A DNA stretch of 64,000 nt, taken from an uncultured Alphaproteobacteria bacterium. GTDB lineage: Bacteria; Pseudomonadota; Alphaproteobacteria; Micropepsales; Micropepsaceae. This document shows positions 62,123-64,000 of the stretch, piece after piece. A program made the translations under genes and the position numbers. Positions within the stretch are counted from its first letter, which is position 1; each line of letters starts with the position of its first letter. The stretch lies in the NCBI GenBank assembly GCA_902826695.1, contig CADEFU010000013.1:1-64000 (forward strand), in the 5' to 3' direction. Under the pieces are notes generated by a model that worked only from the letters and a program-made list of their open reading frames with translations, searched no databases and was not told the DNA's origin.

Positions 62123-62291
62123 CGGGTAGAACCTTCTCCACCTTGCGCACTTGCGGGGTCACGGTGGAGCCATAGTAGGCAAGCGCCCCCGCGCCAAGCA
62201 TGAGCAATACTAGGGCGGCCCCGACCAATCGGCCAAGCTGAACTAGGCCACCGCCGCGGTCGTAATCCCGGTAATAGCGTCTGCGCCTCAC
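62103..62291 (-). CDS. Possible small single-TM membrane protein (62 aa)
   Basis: GTG at 62291 preceded by AAGGGA. One TM helix (LVGAALVLLMLGAGALAYY). It overlaps the downstream gene start by 20 nt. The longer track ORF to 62414 would overlap aroK. Weak. Confidence 0.3.
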   Translation of the reverse strand: MRRRRYYRDYDRGGGLVQLGRLVGAALVLLMLGAGALAYYGSTVTPQVRKVEKVLPDDRFPR

Positions 62292-62374
62292 GTCGTTTCC
62301 CTTGGATTTCCCTGATCCCTGGCAGGGGGCCGCCAGTTCATGTACATGCTGATTCCGACAGGATAACCAATTAT

Positions 62375-62947
62375 ATGCAGGTGCACGGACACACTGAAAG
62401 CTCAGAAGGGCCACCCTTCCGCGAACGCCCGATCGTTTTGGTCGGGTTAATGGGTGCAGGCAAGAGCACAGTCGGACGGCGGCTGGCGGCGGCGTTGAAG
62501 CTGCCGTTCCACGACGCGGACTCAGAAATTGAAACCGCAGCGGGCTGTTCCATATCTGATTTCTTCGCGCGTTATGGCGAGCCAGCGTTTCGCGAGGGCG
62601 AGCGGCGGGTGATCGCGCGGCTGCTTGGCGGGCCGCGGCACGTGCTTGCGACCGGCGGCGGTGCGTTCATGGATCCGACGACGCGCGCCCTGATCAAGCG
62701 GTTAGGACTTTCGATATGGCTTCGCGCCGATATTGGACTCTTGATGGAACGCGTGTCGAAGCGCCCTACCCGGCCGTTGCTGCAAAACAGCGATCCACGC
62801 GCGACGATGGAACGGTTGATGAGCGAGCGGTATCCTATTTACGCCGAGGCTGACGTGACGGTCGACTCCAACGGCGGGCCGCACGATGCGATCGTGCAGC
62901 AGATTTTGACGAAACTTACCGAGCTCGGCGCGAAGGCAACGCCATGA
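62375..62947 (+). CDS. aroK: Shikimate kinase
   Basis: RPIVLVGLMGAGKSTVGRRLA Walker A. ATG at 62375. Confidence 0.9.
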   Translation: MQVHGHTESSEGPPFRERPIVLVGLMGAGKSTVGRRLAAALKLPFHDADSEIETAAGCSISDFFARYGEPAFREGERRVIARLLGGPRHVLATGGGAFMDPTTRALIKRLGLSIWLRADIGLLMERVSKRPTRPLLQNSDPRATMERLMSERYPIYAEADVTVDSNGGPHDAIVQQILTKLTELGAKATP

Positions 62948-64000
62948 GCCACGAACGGTTGCGCGTCGACCTCAGCGGGCGCGCCTATGACATTGTCGTG
63001 GGCGCGGGTGTGCTGGGATCAGCCGGTAAAGAGATCGCCGCGCTGAAGCGAGCGAAGCGCGTGTTCATCGTTGCCGACGATCATACGGCGAGCTTGCATA
63101 TGGCGGCGCTGACCCGGTCGCTGGACGCGGCCGGATTGGCACATACGGCTACGGTGCTGCCACCCGGCGAGGCGAGCAAGAGCTTTGGCGTTCTGGAGCA
63201 GCTTATCAGCACGATGCTCGACTCGAAGGTCGAGCGCTCCGATCTAGTCGTTGCACTTGGCGGCGGCGTGATCGGCGACCTTGCCGGGTTTGCGGCGGGG
63301 ATCACGAAGCGCGGGCTCGACTACGTGCAAGTGCCGACGACTTTGCTGGCGCAGGTGGACTCATCCGTCGGCGGTAAGACGGCGATCGACATGCCGCAGG
63401 GCAAGAACCTTGTCGGGTTGTTTCATCAACCGTGCTTGGTTTTGGCAGATACCGCCGCGCTGGACACGCTGCCGCCACGCGAGATGCGCGCGGGATATGC
63501 GGAGATTTTGAAGTACGGGTTGATCAGCGATGCCGTGTTTGCCGAGTGGGTTGGCGCGAACGCGAGCGCGATCCTAAGCAAGGCGGGGCCGGAACGGACG
63601 AAGGCGATCGTTACGTCGTGCCGCATGAAGGCGCGCGTTGTCGAGGCCGATGAGCGCGAGGCGGGGCAACGGGCGCTGCTCAATCTCGGACATACGTTTG
63701 CGCATGCGATCGAAGCGTGCGCGGGGTATTCGGGCAAGGTGTTGCACGGCGAGGCCGTTGCTGCCGGATGTTGTCTTGCGTTCGACTTGTCGGAGCGGCT
63801 GAAGCTGTGTCCGCCGGGACAGGCTTCGCGGGTGCGCGGTTGGTTTGCGGCTGCGGGACTGCCGACAACGTTTGCGGATTTGCCGGAACTCGGCGCGTCG
63901 GGGGACGATCTGGTCGAGATCATGCGCCAAGACAAGAAAGCTTCGGGCGGCAAGCTCGTGTTCGTGCTGGCCCGCGGCATCGGGCAGGCCTTCGTCGCGA
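62944..64000 (+). CDS. aroB: 3-dehydroquinate synthase, 3'-truncated by the window edge
   Basis: The ATG at 62944 overlaps the aroK stop (ATGA). Downstream ...VVALGGGVIGDLAGFAA...LLNLGHTFAHAIE... are AroB NAD/metal-binding blocks. No stop codon occurs before 64000. Confidence 0.9.
   Translation, partial: MSHERLRVDLSGRAYDIVVGAGVLGSAGKEIAALKRAKRVFIVADDHTASLHMAALTRSLDAAGLAHTATVLPPGEASKSFGVLEQLISTMLDSKVERSDLVVALGGGVIGDLAGFAAGITKRGLDYVQVPTTLLAQVDSSVGGKTAIDMPQGKNLVGLFHQPCLVLADTAALDTLPPREMRAGYAEILKYGLISDAVFAEWVGANASAILSKAGPERTKAIVTSCRMKARVVEADEREAGQRALLNLGHTFAHAIEACAGYSGKVLHGEAVAAGCCLAFDLSERLKLCPPGQASRVRGWFAAAGLPTTFADLPELGASGDDLVEIMRQDKKASGGKLVFVLARGIGQAFVA

Overview
This window is a high-GC (~64%) alphaproteobacterial chromosomal segment. 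It opens inside the 5' end of a 16S rRNA gene on the minus strand, at bases 1-54; the reverse complement reads AACTTGAGAGTTTGATCCTGGCTCAGAACGAACGCTGGCGGCAGGCCTAACACAT. The rest is densely packed (mostly core housekeeping genes plus accessory clusters flagged in the findings): clpB, prfA-prmC-DUF4167, ispG, ptsP-ask / ubiG, kynU, grxC-comF, mutT, argJ / secA, accA, kup, mcl, and xerD divergent from aroK-aroB (which runs off the right edge). No transposase, phage integrase or CRISPR array is visible. The less ordinary content is as follows. (1) A two-gene ABC module whose 1195-aa permease is fused to an M1 (HEXXH) aminopeptidase domain. (2) Two tandem tRNA-like genes with non-canonical features. 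(3) An accessory cluster with two paralogous epoxide hydrolases flanking an XRE-DUF2975 pair, plus TauD, a PQQ beta-propeller protein and an HTH regulator. (4) A textbook ECF41 sigma factor (YVGPWLPEP / DGGGK / NPEKL motifs) with a CxxCxxxH carboxymuconolactone-decarboxylase-like partner. (5) Two orphan Flp pilin genes flanking mutT. (6) A transmembrane histidine kinase with a C-terminal HPt domain but no receiver domain. (7) A second ABC ATPase plus a putative-ABC-exporter membrane protein. (8) Several small repeat or hairpin elements: GTTAGA direct repeats upstream of a sigma32-like clpB promoter, a 19-bp tandem duplication spanning the rodZ stop codon, and a G6AGGC7 hairpin that forms the 17-bp spacer of the candidate secA promoter. 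Gene starts were checked by reading codons off the sequence; several in the six-frame ORF track are TTG or GTG, and I moved some to internal ATGs where a homolog alignment or a ribosome-binding site supported it. All functional calls come from motif and family recognition by eye; no database searches were run. Many long ORFs antisense to real genes are composition artefacts and are listed as rejected.
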